Assembly: GCF_051535235.1 (NCBI RefSeq)
Contig: NZ_JBPPLZ010000012.1
Location: 801 to 64,800, forward strand
Direction of reading: 5' to 3'
From: Nitrobacter sp.
GTDB lineage: Bacteria; Pseudomonadota; Alphaproteobacteria; Rhizobiales; Xanthobacteraceae
DNA: 64,000 nucleotides
Shown here piece by piece: positions 53,890-61,778 of the stretch. A model generated the notes under the pieces. The model searched no databases and was not told where the DNA came from. It saw nothing but the letters and a program-made list of their open reading frames with translations. How positions within the stretch are numbered: the stretch's first letter is position 1; every line of letters starts with the position of its first letter. The translations under genes and the position numbers were made by a program.

Positions 53890-54187
53890 TATTTGCCCTC
53901 GCGATCTCGTTCAGCAGACCGTTGCATTGATCGGTGTTGAAGACGGTGAAGCGTTTGAGAAACGGAATCGCTTGTGCGTTCTCGCCGGTCTCGGCCGCGC
54001 GTTTGTGTTCATCGTCCGGGATTAACCGATCGGCGTAGACAAGCGGCACCTTTGCTGCCGCCGTGCCCCAGGACTGAACCCAGGGCACACGCCGAGCCTC
54101 AAGTTGGCCGACGATCTTGGCGGTGATTTCGTCATAGAGGTTCGTCCGGCTCTCGCCGGCGCGCACATGCTCAGAGTATTTCGACAT
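53890..54187 (-). pseudogene. ardC: antirestriction ArdC (DUF1738) remnant
   Basis: LYDEITAKI...LE...VPWVQ.W joined by an internal deletion to VYADR...IPFLKRFTVFN..QC. Confidence 0.75.
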
Positions 54188-54513
54188 CGCAGGTCTCCGC
54201 GACGGGCGCCGGAGGCCTCTCCTCCAGCCCTCAACCCGTCACGGCCAACCTGGCCGGCACTCTCACTCTGAGGAACACGCTCGACAGCACACCCCGGCGA
54301 CAGCGGCGAATGCCGCCGCAAGCGCCGCGTTAGCTCAGGGAGTCCGCCCCCTGGACGTCTTCGCCGTGGTTCGCGTACCGAACAGCGCGGCCGTCAAGAG
54401 CGAGTCGGATCGTCGCAGCCGAACTTCGCGATTCTACGCTCCGACTTTCTTGCGGGTGCTTCCACGACGCTTCCACAAACGATTTTTGGACGACGAAAAT
54501 CGGAAAAAATAAA

Positions 54514-54546
54514 AGCCCTTGAAAACATAACGTTTTCAAGGGCTTA
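54514..54546. terminator. hairpin immediately 3' of the tRNA duplicate
   Basis: AAGCCCTTGAAAAC-N5-GTTTTCAAGGGCTT, followed by a T-run on the minus strand. Confidence 0.6.
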
Positions 54547-54551
54547 TGTGC

Positions 54552-54596
54552 TGGTTGCGGGGATAGGATTTGAACCTATGACCTTCAGGTTATGAG
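54552..54596 (-). repeat. att direct repeat (3' 45 bp of tRNA-Met)
   Basis: Identical to 63085-63129. Confidence 0.95.
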
Positions 54597-54648
54597 GGTG
54601 ATTTTTTGGCGCTGCAACGTTTTGATATTGCTTAGTTCTCCGCCGACT

Positions 54649-54665
54649 TGTGCCCATAGTGTGCC
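54649..54665 (+). promoter_or_regulatory. integrase arm-type sites (TGTGCC x2, 11-bp period), left end
   Basis: The same paired motif occurs at 62938-62954 near the other att. Confidence 0.6.
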
Positions 54666-54865
54666 AGCCGCCGCCAAAACGCGGTTAGGCACTCGTCGCA
54701 AATGGGATCGGCATTCAGCGGCAATCCCTCGATCAATTCGCGCCGTGCCACACGATCTTTCTCGGGCCACTTGCCGCAAATGATGCAATCATCGTTAGTT
54801 GTCATGGTTGGCTATTTCAGGGTTGCTGCTGGGGGCAGGGTCAAATGCGACGACTTTGGTTCACT

Positions 54866-55303
54866 ATGCCTCCCCACGCGCGCAGAGGTTTGTTGAGACT
54901 CTATGCTGTGGTTAGCATCCCGTGGATCGGGTGGTATGGCTTGCAAATAGCATCTCACGGACCGCGCTGGCGCTACCTATCTACAACTTTCTGGACCATG
55001 CTTGCGGTGCCGATCGGAGGCCCGCTTCTCCTCATAGTCGCTTTGTGGGTGCGTGAAGGATTTCGCAAGCACCCACCGACGTTGAATGACAAAAGCGAAG
55101 CTAGTTCGGCCAAGCCCGTACGTTGGAAGTCAAAACGGGTGCTAGAGCAAGAACGACGTCAGCAAATGACGCCTTACAAGCGAGAAACAGACAAGAACCC
55201 ATCAACGGCATTTCTCGTCATTTCGATCATGTTTCCCGGAATCTGGATCATGGATGTCACTTTGATGTCCCTCTTCTTTGTCGCGCGGCTGCCAAAGTTC
55301 TAA
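54866..55303 (+). CDS. hypothetical membrane protein (element cargo)
   Basis: 2 N-terminal and 1 C-terminal hydrophobic segments; atypical codon usage. Confidence 0.55.
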   Translation: MPPHARRGLLRLYAVVSIPWIGWYGLQIASHGPRWRYLSTTFWTMLAVPIGGPLLLIVALWVREGFRKHPPTLNDKSEASSAKPVRWKSKRVLEQERRQQMTPYKRETDKNPSTAFLVISIMFPGIWIMDVTLMSLFFVARLPKF

Positions 55304-55423
55304 GATGTCACAAGGCCCGATTTCGGAAATTTCATAATTTTTTCTGAGAAGTCCTATTGGCGGATTTTGTCGCGCAAATTTTGGCCCGCCCCACCCCAAG
55401 CCTGCAATCTTACAACTAACAAG

Positions 55424-55455
55424 ACTGTTCGGAATTGGGTTATTATCCGAACAGT
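55424..55455. promoter_or_regulatory. palindromic site upstream of the FimB-like recombinase
   Basis: ACTGTTCGGA-N12-TCCGAACAGT. Confidence 0.55.
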
Positions 55456-55480
55456 TCACCTATCGGGGACGCGGAAATCT

Positions 55481-56101
55481 ATGGCGAAATCACACTTGAA
55501 GCTGGTCACGCCAGCTACTGTAAATCGAACAGTTGCGCCACGCCGCAAGCCCAATGCCGAGCTTCGGCGGCGCGAATATCTGACCGATGCCGAGATTGAG
55601 CGGCTGACCAATGCGGCCAAGGCAAACCGCCACGGCCATCGCGACGCAACCATGATCCTAGTGGCGTATCGGCACGGACTGCGGGTAGCGGAGCTAGTGG
55701 ACTTGAGGTGGGATCAGATTGATTTCGCCACGGCCACGCTGGCGGTTCGGCGGATTAAACGGGGATCGCCCGCAACGCATCCGATTCGCGGCGATGAACT
55801 ACGCGCGCTGCGGAAGCTACAGCGCGAGCAAGAGCCCAAGTCGCCCTTTGTGTTTACCTCGGAGCGTGGCGCGCCGTTTACCACGGCGGGGTTTGCGCGG
55901 ATGGTTGAGCGGGCAGGCAATGCCGCCAAGCTGGGGTTCAAAGCCCATCCGCACATGCTGCGCCATGCGTGTGGATTTGCACTGGCGAACAAGGGGCATG
56001 ATACCCGGGCGCTGCAAGGGTACTTGGGCCACAGGAATATTCAGCACACCGTCCGATATACGGAATTGTCGCCGGATCGGTTTAAGGATTTCTGGCGTTA
56101 G
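55481..56101 (+). CDS. FimB/FimE-like tyrosine recombinase (catalytic domain only)
   Basis: EYLT..EI, HGLRVAEL, HPHMLRHACGFALA, YLGHRNIQHTVRYT; R-K-H-R-H-Y residues intact. Confidence 0.9.
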   Translation: MAKSHLKLVTPATVNRTVAPRRKPNAELRRREYLTDAEIERLTNAAKANRHGHRDATMILVAYRHGLRVAELVDLRWDQIDFATATLAVRRIKRGSPATHPIRGDELRALRKLQREQEPKSPFVFTSERGAPFTTAGFARMVERAGNAAKLGFKAHPHMLRHACGFALANKGHDTRALQGYLGHRNIQHTVRYTELSPDRFKDFWR

Positions 56102-56397
56102 TCGCGCGCTGCGGCTGTCGCATCGATAACCACGAGATCGCCTCTGCTGCGCTTGATCGCAGTTTCCAGCCTAGCTGCAAAGCCGCTATTCGGCCCAAGC
56201 GTTGCGGTCACCGCCAATTTCGGGTGCTCGAAGGGCAAGGCCGCAACCGCCGCTCGCATCCGTCGCGAGATCGGCTGACACGGATCACGATACACGGCTT
56301 GGAGAAAGTCGAGCGACGTTCGGCTAGGGCCAATATCGACAAGCTCCCGCTCACCATCATCAATCCGGTTCAGTGCTTCATATACCGTCTCACCCAT
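56098..56397 (-). CDS. hypothetical protein, terminase small subunit-like
   Basis: SLDFLQAVYRDP...RRMRAAVAALPFEHPKL resembles the oligomerisation helices of phage TerS-like proteins; lies after rep/ori. Confidence 0.5.
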   Translation of the reverse strand: MGETVYEALNRIDDGERELVDIGPSRTSLDFLQAVYRDPCQPISRRMRAAVAALPFEHPKLAVTATLGPNSGFAARLETAIKRSRGDLVVIDATAAARD

Positions 56398-56428
56398 TCA
56401 CTACCTCTATCTCTATTCTATTTTTGAA

Positions 56429-56531
56429 TGAAGAAAGTGAAGGGTATGAAGGGTATGAAGGTAAGAAAATCAGTTTGAATATAAGAAGGTAGAACAAACT
56501 GACCCCCCTCATACCCTTCATTCCTCTTCAT
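56429..56531. other. putative iteron replication origin
   Basis: TGAAG(G)GTA 9-bp tandem repeats at 56429-56463, an AT-rich spacer, inverted copies TACCCTTCA/TTCCTCTTCA at 56512-56530; directly after the helicase gene. Confidence 0.7.
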
Positions 56532-56542
56532 CCATTCTCCGT

Positions 56543-58327
56543 TCAAATTCTCCGCACCAACTTTCCGGCCACTATGGCGGGGTGGACTGACGCCCGGAGC
56601 GAAGCTACAGCCGAATTGACCGCAGGCGGAGCCGACCTTGGCTTATAAAACAGGTCTACCGGCTTCGATCCTTGGGCCAATTCCTCAACCTCAGAGACTT
56701 GCCAATCATCTGTTGGGTTGGTCCATCTCTGTGGACCATAAATGCTTTCCCATTTGGCACGGCAAATGCTGAGCGGCGGGAAGTCCCAGCCGTTGCCGGT
56801 GGAGGTGTGTTTCTTCTCACACACATTCCCAATCCCTTCGCCGCTATCCGCGTCAAAGAAATTCTTCATTGCTATGTCAGTGAGGGAGTATTTGAGTGAT
56901 GGGAATTTCTCACGTCCATCCGCCAGCAAGTCTTTGGTAAATGCGCGGTTGGGATTTTTGGTCTTGGCCTTGGGCAACGTGCCAGCATCGAGCAATCCGA
57001 GATACCATTGCTCCATTGGCGGCAGTGAGCGGATTTGCTGCCGTTGCAACGCCTCGCCCCTCAGCAACTCCTCGGGAATGTCCCTCGGGTGCCAATCGCC
57101 AAGGTCCATCTGCCGAAGGTCGTGGAACATTGCCTCCGCTCCGCCCTCAGCGATTTGCCGATGTAGAGCGGTGAAGTAGGGCTTATCCCGCAGACGCTTC
57201 TTGCTCACTTCCATTGCCGCATAACGCCGCTCAAACCGTCCAGCGGGAATGACCCACCCTGGCTCAGCCAGCATCACGATATGCAGGCAATTGCGGACTT
57301 GAAATCGGCCGATGCCTTTCGGTTCAATGTCGATCACCGGCTCCGTGATCATTTCCTGCAGGCGACCAAGGCAGCGTTTGTAATCGTTGCCATCGCCCCA
57401 CTGCGCTTCGTCAGCAAGCAACAGCACACAATCTTGCAGATGCGCGTTGAACCTGCCGACGAGGGTCTCACTGCTACTCGCTTGGTATGCGTGAAGGCCG
57501 AAGATCCGTTGCAACACGCGGCCAAGCGTGCCCTTGCCGACGCCCTTCTCGCCCATGAACACTAGCACGACCTCGGCTTGCCGATCGGGGTGTTGAATTG
57601 CCCATGCAATCCAGCGGATGACATAGTCCGCATAGATCGGATTGCCCTTCGCCAACACGTCCTCAATGTGCTGGCGGATCAATCCCCAATCACCCGCCAC
57701 CGGTTCAACGCCCCAGCAACGCCAGAGATTGAGACAGCCTTCAATCGCCATCGGCCCGCCCGGCTCGAATACAACACTGCGATATTGCCTGCGGTCGCGA
57801 TGCCCAAGCCACCAAGGCGCCAGTGGCTTGCGGCTTGTTTCGCCATCCTCGTTCGTAACCGACACAAAACGGTTCGAGTATTGCAGCAGGAAGTCGTTCT
57901 TCTTATGATACGTCAAAGTTAGCTTGCTGCGATCAAGCACCGATGGCGTCCAGCTGGCGATAACCGTTTTGCCGCCAACATCATCAATGACCGCGTGATG
58001 GTTGTTCATTTCCTCAAGATACTGGTCCGTTGTCGATCTTGCGGGAAGCTGCTGCGGAGCCGCTACCGGCTGATCGGTCAGCGGAACACTTACCGCTGAC
58101 CGAGGTTTAGCCGAAGCCACATCGAATTGTTCTCCAACACCTTTGGCCCTTGCCTTCGCAAACAAATCCTCCGCTTTGGCTCTGGCCTGCGGCCCGAACC
58201 TCTCGCCAACAGCGTCGCAGATTTCGTGCTGTTCGTCAGCGGTTGCTCCGGCTTTGCTGGCAACGAGGGCTAGGACGCGCGGCAACCATTCCGGCGATTG
58301 CTGTGCAGCAGCGTTCTCACTCGTCAT
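56543..58327 (-). CDS. DUF5906/D5-like SF3 replication helicase
   Basis: LNLW, YVIRWIAW..QHP, Walker A GEKGVGKG, GRFNAHL, Walker B LLADE, IEPKG, ERRY. Confidence 0.85.
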   Translation of the reverse strand: MTSENAAAQQSPEWLPRVLALVASKAGATADEQHEICDAVGERFGPQARAKAEDLFAKARAKGVGEQFDVASAKPRSAVSVPLTDQPVAAPQQLPARSTTDQYLEEMNNHHAVIDDVGGKTVIASWTPSVLDRSKLTLTYHKKNDFLLQYSNRFVSVTNEDGETSRKPLAPWWLGHRDRRQYRSVVFEPGGPMAIEGCLNLWRCWGVEPVAGDWGLIRQHIEDVLAKGNPIYADYVIRWIAWAIQHPDRQAEVVLVFMGEKGVGKGTLGRVLQRIFGLHAYQASSSETLVGRFNAHLQDCVLLLADEAQWGDGNDYKRCLGRLQEMITEPVIDIEPKGIGRFQVRNCLHIVMLAEPGWVIPAGRFERRYAAMEVSKKRLRDKPYFTALHRQIAEGGAEAMFHDLRQMDLGDWHPRDIPEELLRGEALQRQQIRSLPPMEQWYLGLLDAGTLPKAKTKNPNRAFTKDLLADGREKFPSLKYSLTDIAMKNFFDADSGEGIGNVCEKKHTSTGNGWDFPPLSICRAKWESIYGPQRWTNPTDDWQVSEVEELAQGSKPVDLFYKPRSAPPAVNSAVASLRASVHPAIVAGKLVRRI

Positions 58328-58661
58328 CGAAGCCGCCCCAAATTCCGAGCCCGCACGGATCAAGCATCCGGCGCTGCCTTCGATCCGCCTCCCGATCGCG
58401 AAGCCCTTGCCAATACTGACTCTCTGCGACGGCCATGTTGATCTGCACCGTTTCAGCCCGCACGGACACTGTTCTCGGCTTGCCGTTCTCAGCGTTGGGA
58501 TCGCGGGGCGACACAACCACATCCGCGTCACGGATCACTCGGCCTTCACTCGCCACAACCGCGACCGCAGGTTTGGGCTTCGGCGGCGGCGGCTCGAATT
58601 GCGCCAGCAAGGCATCAATCTCCGCGTGCAGTTCTGCTTTCCGTTCTGGTGTAAGGGCCAT
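58317..58661 (-). CDS. hypothetical protein
   Basis: Strong RBS AGGAGG; overlaps the helicase start; ends LDPCGLGIWG. Confidence 0.65.
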   Translation of the reverse strand: MALTPERKAELHAEIDALLAQFEPPPPKPKPAVAVVASEGRVIRDADVVVSPRDPNAENGKPRTVSVRAETVQINMAVAESQYWQGLRDREADRRQRRMLDPCGLGIWGGFDDE

Positions 58662-58810
58662 CACCGTTCCTCCTTCCGCTGCGCCAGCTTCACAATCAAC
58701 GCCTGAGTTACAGCCATCGATTGCACAGTCGCTTGCAACGTCGCCGCAACCGCCTGTCCCAATTCTGTTTTCGATTCCCGGCTCCATTCTCCAAACGGCT
58801 TTCGCATGGC

Positions 58811-59053
58811 TCACTTCCCTGCCATCGGATTTCGACGGCGGCCGTCCGCAATAATGTCCGCGTCAACGCCATCGGTTGCCCGCGTCATCGCCTCAACAGC
58901 CGTACGCGGCAGCGACATACGCGCCGTTGGATCATACGGCGGCGGCTTTGGCGCAACGTCGGCCGCGGTGAGGTTGATGCCCAGCCGAAGCTCTATGGCT
59001 CGCAGCCGCATTTCCATTTGTTCAAGACACTTTTCAACATCGGCCATGTTCAT
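58811..59053 (-). CDS. hypothetical protein
   Basis: Co-oriented, 3 bp from the upstream ORF; YDPTARMSLP motif. Confidence 0.6.
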   Translation of the reverse strand: MNMADVEKCLEQMEMRLRAIELRLGINLTAADVAPKPPPYDPTARMSLPRTAVEAMTRATDGVDADIIADGRRRNPMAGK

Positions 59054-59056
59054 CGC

Positions 59057-59323
59057 TCAGCCCTCTCCACCGCCATGACGGCCCTGCGAGCCGCGATCAT
59101 GCACGGTTGGTTTCATGGTCAACGCGCGTTCGTTGCCGAGCGGAGCTTGTGGCATCGTTCCTGCCACCAGCTTGCCAGCGGCGCTGTTCGTCAACACGAC
59201 TTGCTGCCCGATCTGGCTTGCGCCTCCGGGCCGGATTTTGTCGCTGGTTGGTGAACCGGTGCGAACTGGCGGGCTCACATTCACGCGGGAGCCAATGCCA
59301 CCGCCGCTCTTTGCTTTGCTCAT
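59057..59323 (-). CDS. Gly-rich basic hypothetical protein
   Basis: RBS AAGGAA; SGGG, SQIG, LGNE.A, GSQG.HG. Confidence 0.6.
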   Translation of the reverse strand: MSKAKSGGGIGSRVNVSPPVRTGSPTSDKIRPGGASQIGQQVVLTNSAAGKLVAGTMPQAPLGNERALTMKPTVHDRGSQGRHGGGEG

Positions 59324-59357
59324 CGTTATGTTTCCTTTTCAATGTTTGGGATTGGGG

Positions 59358-59612
59358 TTAAGGGCCGCCGATCGAACTGGTCGCCAGTTCTGCAAGCGTC
59401 ATGATAGGAATGCCGCCCATCGCAGCGGACGCGGCTTCATCAAGCGGCCTCATGTTCGTAAAATTAAATGCGCGACAGAGCGCGGGCCATACAACGTCGC
59501 CGGGGAGCCGATTTTCCTCGCTATCCGCGATACAGGTGCCGCGACCAAATGTGGTGTAGGCGCCGCCTTGCGGGCTGCCGACAACAGTGGCGATCAAGAT
59601 ATAACGTGCCAA
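59358..59612 (-). CDS. hypothetical protein
   Basis: TTG start abuts the upstream stop, with GAGGAGG RBS. Confidence 0.55.
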   Translation of the reverse strand: MARYILIATVVGSPQGGAYTTFGRGTCIADSEENRLPGDVVWPALCRAFNFTNMRPLDEAASAAMGGIPIMTLAELATSSIGGP

Positions 59613-59882
59613 CTACATATCCTCCTCAATATCGAGCACCGGATTTAGCAACTGCATGATCGCGTTTTGGCGGGCTCGCTTGTCCGGGCAGTGCTTTGCG
59701 ACACAGTGCAACATCAGGGATATGTTCAATCGAGCCATTTCAATCTGAGTGCTGGTTGGCGGCGTGCGCTTCCATTCCTCAAACATTTCCTCGGCGTCGT
59801 TCCACCGTTGGCCACACGAACACTCCGGCCACGTCGTGCAGCGGCCATATAGCAAGCGCTTCAAATCTTCATTCGAGATCAT
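59613..59882 (-). CDS. Cys/His-containing hypothetical protein
   Basis: CTTWPECSC, HC...HC; RBS GGGAG; overlaps the upstream ORF. Confidence 0.6.
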   Translation of the reverse strand: MISNEDLKRLLYGRCTTWPECSCGQRWNDAEEMFEEWKRTPPTSTQIEMARLNISLMLHCVAKHCPDKRARQNAIMQLLNPVLDIEEDM

Positions 59883-60153
59883 CTGCGGCTCCCGTTGCTT
59901 CGGAATCGGCAGCGGCCCTAAGCGCCCGAGCCGACACCGCGCCCGGAACGAGGCAGGCTTCCATATCGGGTAGCTCGTTCACATCGATACCGAGCTGCGG
60001 CTCCGGACCGGTGGGATCGACGCCGTATGAGGATGCGGGTAAGTCGTGGCCCCACGGTTTTACCGTCGCGCCGGTGACCGCAATGGATGGCTTGTCGCTG
60101 TGTTGGGACGCTCTGGCTTCGATCTCGAAATACGTGCGGGGTTCGTCTGTCAT
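59869..60153 (-). CDS. hypothetical protein
   Basis: ATG overlaps the upstream stop (ATGA); DPTGPEPQLGIDVNELPD. Confidence 0.55.
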   Translation of the reverse strand: MTDEPRTYFEIEARASQHSDKPSIAVTGATVKPWGHDLPASSYGVDPTGPEPQLGIDVNELPDMEACLVPGAVSARALRAAADSEATGAADDLE

Positions 60154-60308
60154 GATGCGCGGGATTCCTCTTGCTGCTGTTCGCGGAATCGCTTCACGGC
60201 TTCCCGCCGTTCGGTGGCGAAGTGGGCGTCTGAGCATTCCCTGCAACAGCATTTTTGACGGTTCGAATAGGGAATGAAGTCGCAGCCGCACGTTAGGCAT
60301 TGCTTCAT
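60150..60308 (-). CDS. small Zn-finger protein
   Basis: CLTC...F...QKCCCREC; RBS GGAG; first gene after the promoter. Confidence 0.6.
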   Translation of the reverse strand: MKQCLTCGCDFIPYSNRQKCCCRECSDAHFATERREAVKRFREQQQEESRAS

Positions 60309-60334
60309 CGGCAAATCTCCATTGTATGAAAATA

Positions 60335-60363
60335 ATCCTAACATACTCTGGCAGAAATGTCAA
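60335..60363 (-). promoter_or_regulatory. sigma70-type promoter
   Basis: TTGACA-N17-TAGGAT on the minus strand. Confidence 0.7.
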
Positions 60364-60416
60364 CTATATCAATAACTTGTCTAGAGCTGAGCTATTCCGT
60401 ACCCGCACAGCCAACG

Positions 60417-60439
60417 AAAAGGCCGCCGAAGCGCGGCCT
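60417..60439 (-). terminator. rho-independent terminator after the DUF3102 gene
   Basis: AGGCCGC-gcttcg-GCGGCCT-TTT on the minus strand. Confidence 0.65.
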
Positions 60440-60464
60440 CAAATTCGCGACGTGTTGATGGTGA

Positions 60465-60902
60465 TTAGTTGGTCCGCCTCGACTTCTTACGCTTCAACTT
60501 CGGTCGATGATCAAGCGAGCGGATGTGTTTGAAGGCAGCCTCTAGAGACAAATGCGAACTGATGGTTCGTAATCTCTCAAGTTCTTGCCGAACCTCAGTT
60601 TCATGGTTCGCCAACGTCCTGCATTTCTGCCCCCATCGAACAGTGAAGGGAAAATGACTTATGACGTAGGCTTCAAGCTCGCCATGCTTTAGCTGGGCCT
60701 TGGCAGCGTTTAGGTTTTTGCCGATGCTGATTGCCTTCTCAACGGCGGTGAGCGCAGCGCGTTGAAGCTCGGCATAGTCCGCGTTGATCTCGGCCGCAAG
60801 CTCTGTAAGCGTTGGCTGTGGTGGCGGGATCACAATCAATTCCCGCTGTGGCGATGCGATCGGAAACATTGCAGCCAAGAGTTTGATGACAGTATCGCTC
60901 AT
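60465..60902 (-). CDS. DUF3102 domain protein
   Basis: AISIGKNLNAAKAQLKHGE...F.F..RWGQ; ATGA coupling to the excisionase. Confidence 0.7.
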   Translation of the reverse strand: MSDTVIKLLAAMFPIASPQRELIVIPPPQPTLTELAAEINADYAELQRAALTAVEKAISIGKNLNAAKAQLKHGELEAYVISHFPFTVRWGQKCRTLANHETEVRQELERLRTISSHLSLEAAFKHIRSLDHRPKLKRKKSRRTN

Positions 60903-61084
60903 CGCGCCGCCCCTTCCAGCTTGCGCTCCAATGCCACCAAAGGCACCCTGAGCAGCCGACCAATCCGCACGGTAGGGATGTCACCACGCTGTGCCGCTTT
61001 GTAGCTGGCATTGCGGCTGAGTCCGAAAAACTCCCTGCCCGCCTCCGGCACAGTGAGCGTTTTCCTTTCGTGTTCCATTTTCAT
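60899..61084 (-). CDS. excisionase/AlpA-like HTH protein
   Basis: TLTVPEAG...GLSRNASY.AA.RGDIPTVRIGRLLRVP. Confidence 0.85.
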   Translation of the reverse strand: MKMEHERKTLTVPEAGREFFGLSRNASYKAAQRGDIPTVRIGRLLRVPLVALERKLEGAAR

Positions 61085-61138
61085 AAGTCACCTTGGGTTT
61101 GTGAGCGAACACGGACACGATGATACTGGCAATGCCTA

Positions 61139-61170
61139 CATGTAATGGATAAGGTACGATCCAATACATG
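61139..61170. promoter_or_regulatory. inverted-repeat operator in the divergent control region
   Basis: CATGTAATGGAT-N8-ATCCAATACATG (11/12 symmetric). Confidence 0.55.
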
Positions 61171-61190
61171 ATCCGTTGCAAAAAGCGCCA

Positions 61191-61775
61191 ATGCCCAGTC
61201 TCATTTTCGATTTCAAATGGTATAAAGACAGCAAGGGATATCGGCTGGTTTCGGCTCCACGATTGAAAGCGGGGCAGAACATCGTGGATCGCGCGGCGGC
61301 GGACATTCAGCCTGCTCGGATCGTTCGTAATGGCGGAAGGCTGGCGCCCTGTCAGCCTATGAAAATCGAAAAGCTATTCGAACGATTTTCGAGACTGACC
61401 ACAGCGGAGCAGATTTTGAAATTCGTTGAGACATACGGCCCGCTAACTGCGCAGGGGCTCCGCGGAAAAGGAGACGTTGTGCTTGATGTGCTCGATGAGG
61501 CTGAGCATATGCGGAGGGGCGTGAGCAAGGCGCTAGGGAAACTCAATGTTGCAATCGACACCCTGCACGGCGAGACGCGATTGACGGTTAGTCCCGCAAG
61601 CTTGCTAGACGCGATCTGGCTTCAATTCGCTCAGGCGAACGTCCCCTCTAGGGAATGCCCGCAATGCAACAAGCGGTTTTTGTTCGGAGCCGCTGCGGGT
61701 CTCAGGAAAGATGCGAAGTTTTGTTCGTCGGACTGTCAGAAACGATATAACAGCCTCAAGCGAAGTCGGCGGTGA
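61191..61775 (+). CDS. hypothetical protein with C-terminal CGNR-like Zn finger
   Basis: FVETYGPL; CPQC...AKFCSSDC; 3 bp upstream of the integrase. Confidence 0.7.
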   Translation: MPSLIFDFKWYKDSKGYRLVSAPRLKAGQNIVDRAAADIQPARIVRNGGRLAPCQPMKIEKLFERFSRLTTAEQILKFVETYGPLTAQGLRGKGDVVLDVLDEAEHMRRGVSKALGKLNVAIDTLHGETRLTVSPASLLDAIWLQFAQANVPSRECPQCNKRFLFGAAAGLRKDAKFCSSDCQKRYNSLKRSRR

Positions 61776-61778
61776 CAC

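Larger units (their letters stand above)
45260..54551. mobile_element. decayed integrative conjugative element remnant with iron-uptake cargo
   Basis: Methylase, PIN-TA, integrase and ardC fragments; abuts the tRNA-Met 3' duplicate; left boundary not located. Confidence 0.65.

Noticed and set aside
54552-54596. Second tRNA-Met gene
   Set aside because: Only the 3' 45 nt are present; it is the att duplicate
55518-55532. LexA box (CTGT...ACAG)
   Set aside because: Spacer is 7 rather than 8 nt, and alphaproteobacterial LexA binds GTTC-N7-GTTC
56429-56531. CRISPR-like repeats (also considered for 37351-37389)
   Set aside because: Short tandem units without unique spacers, and no cas genes
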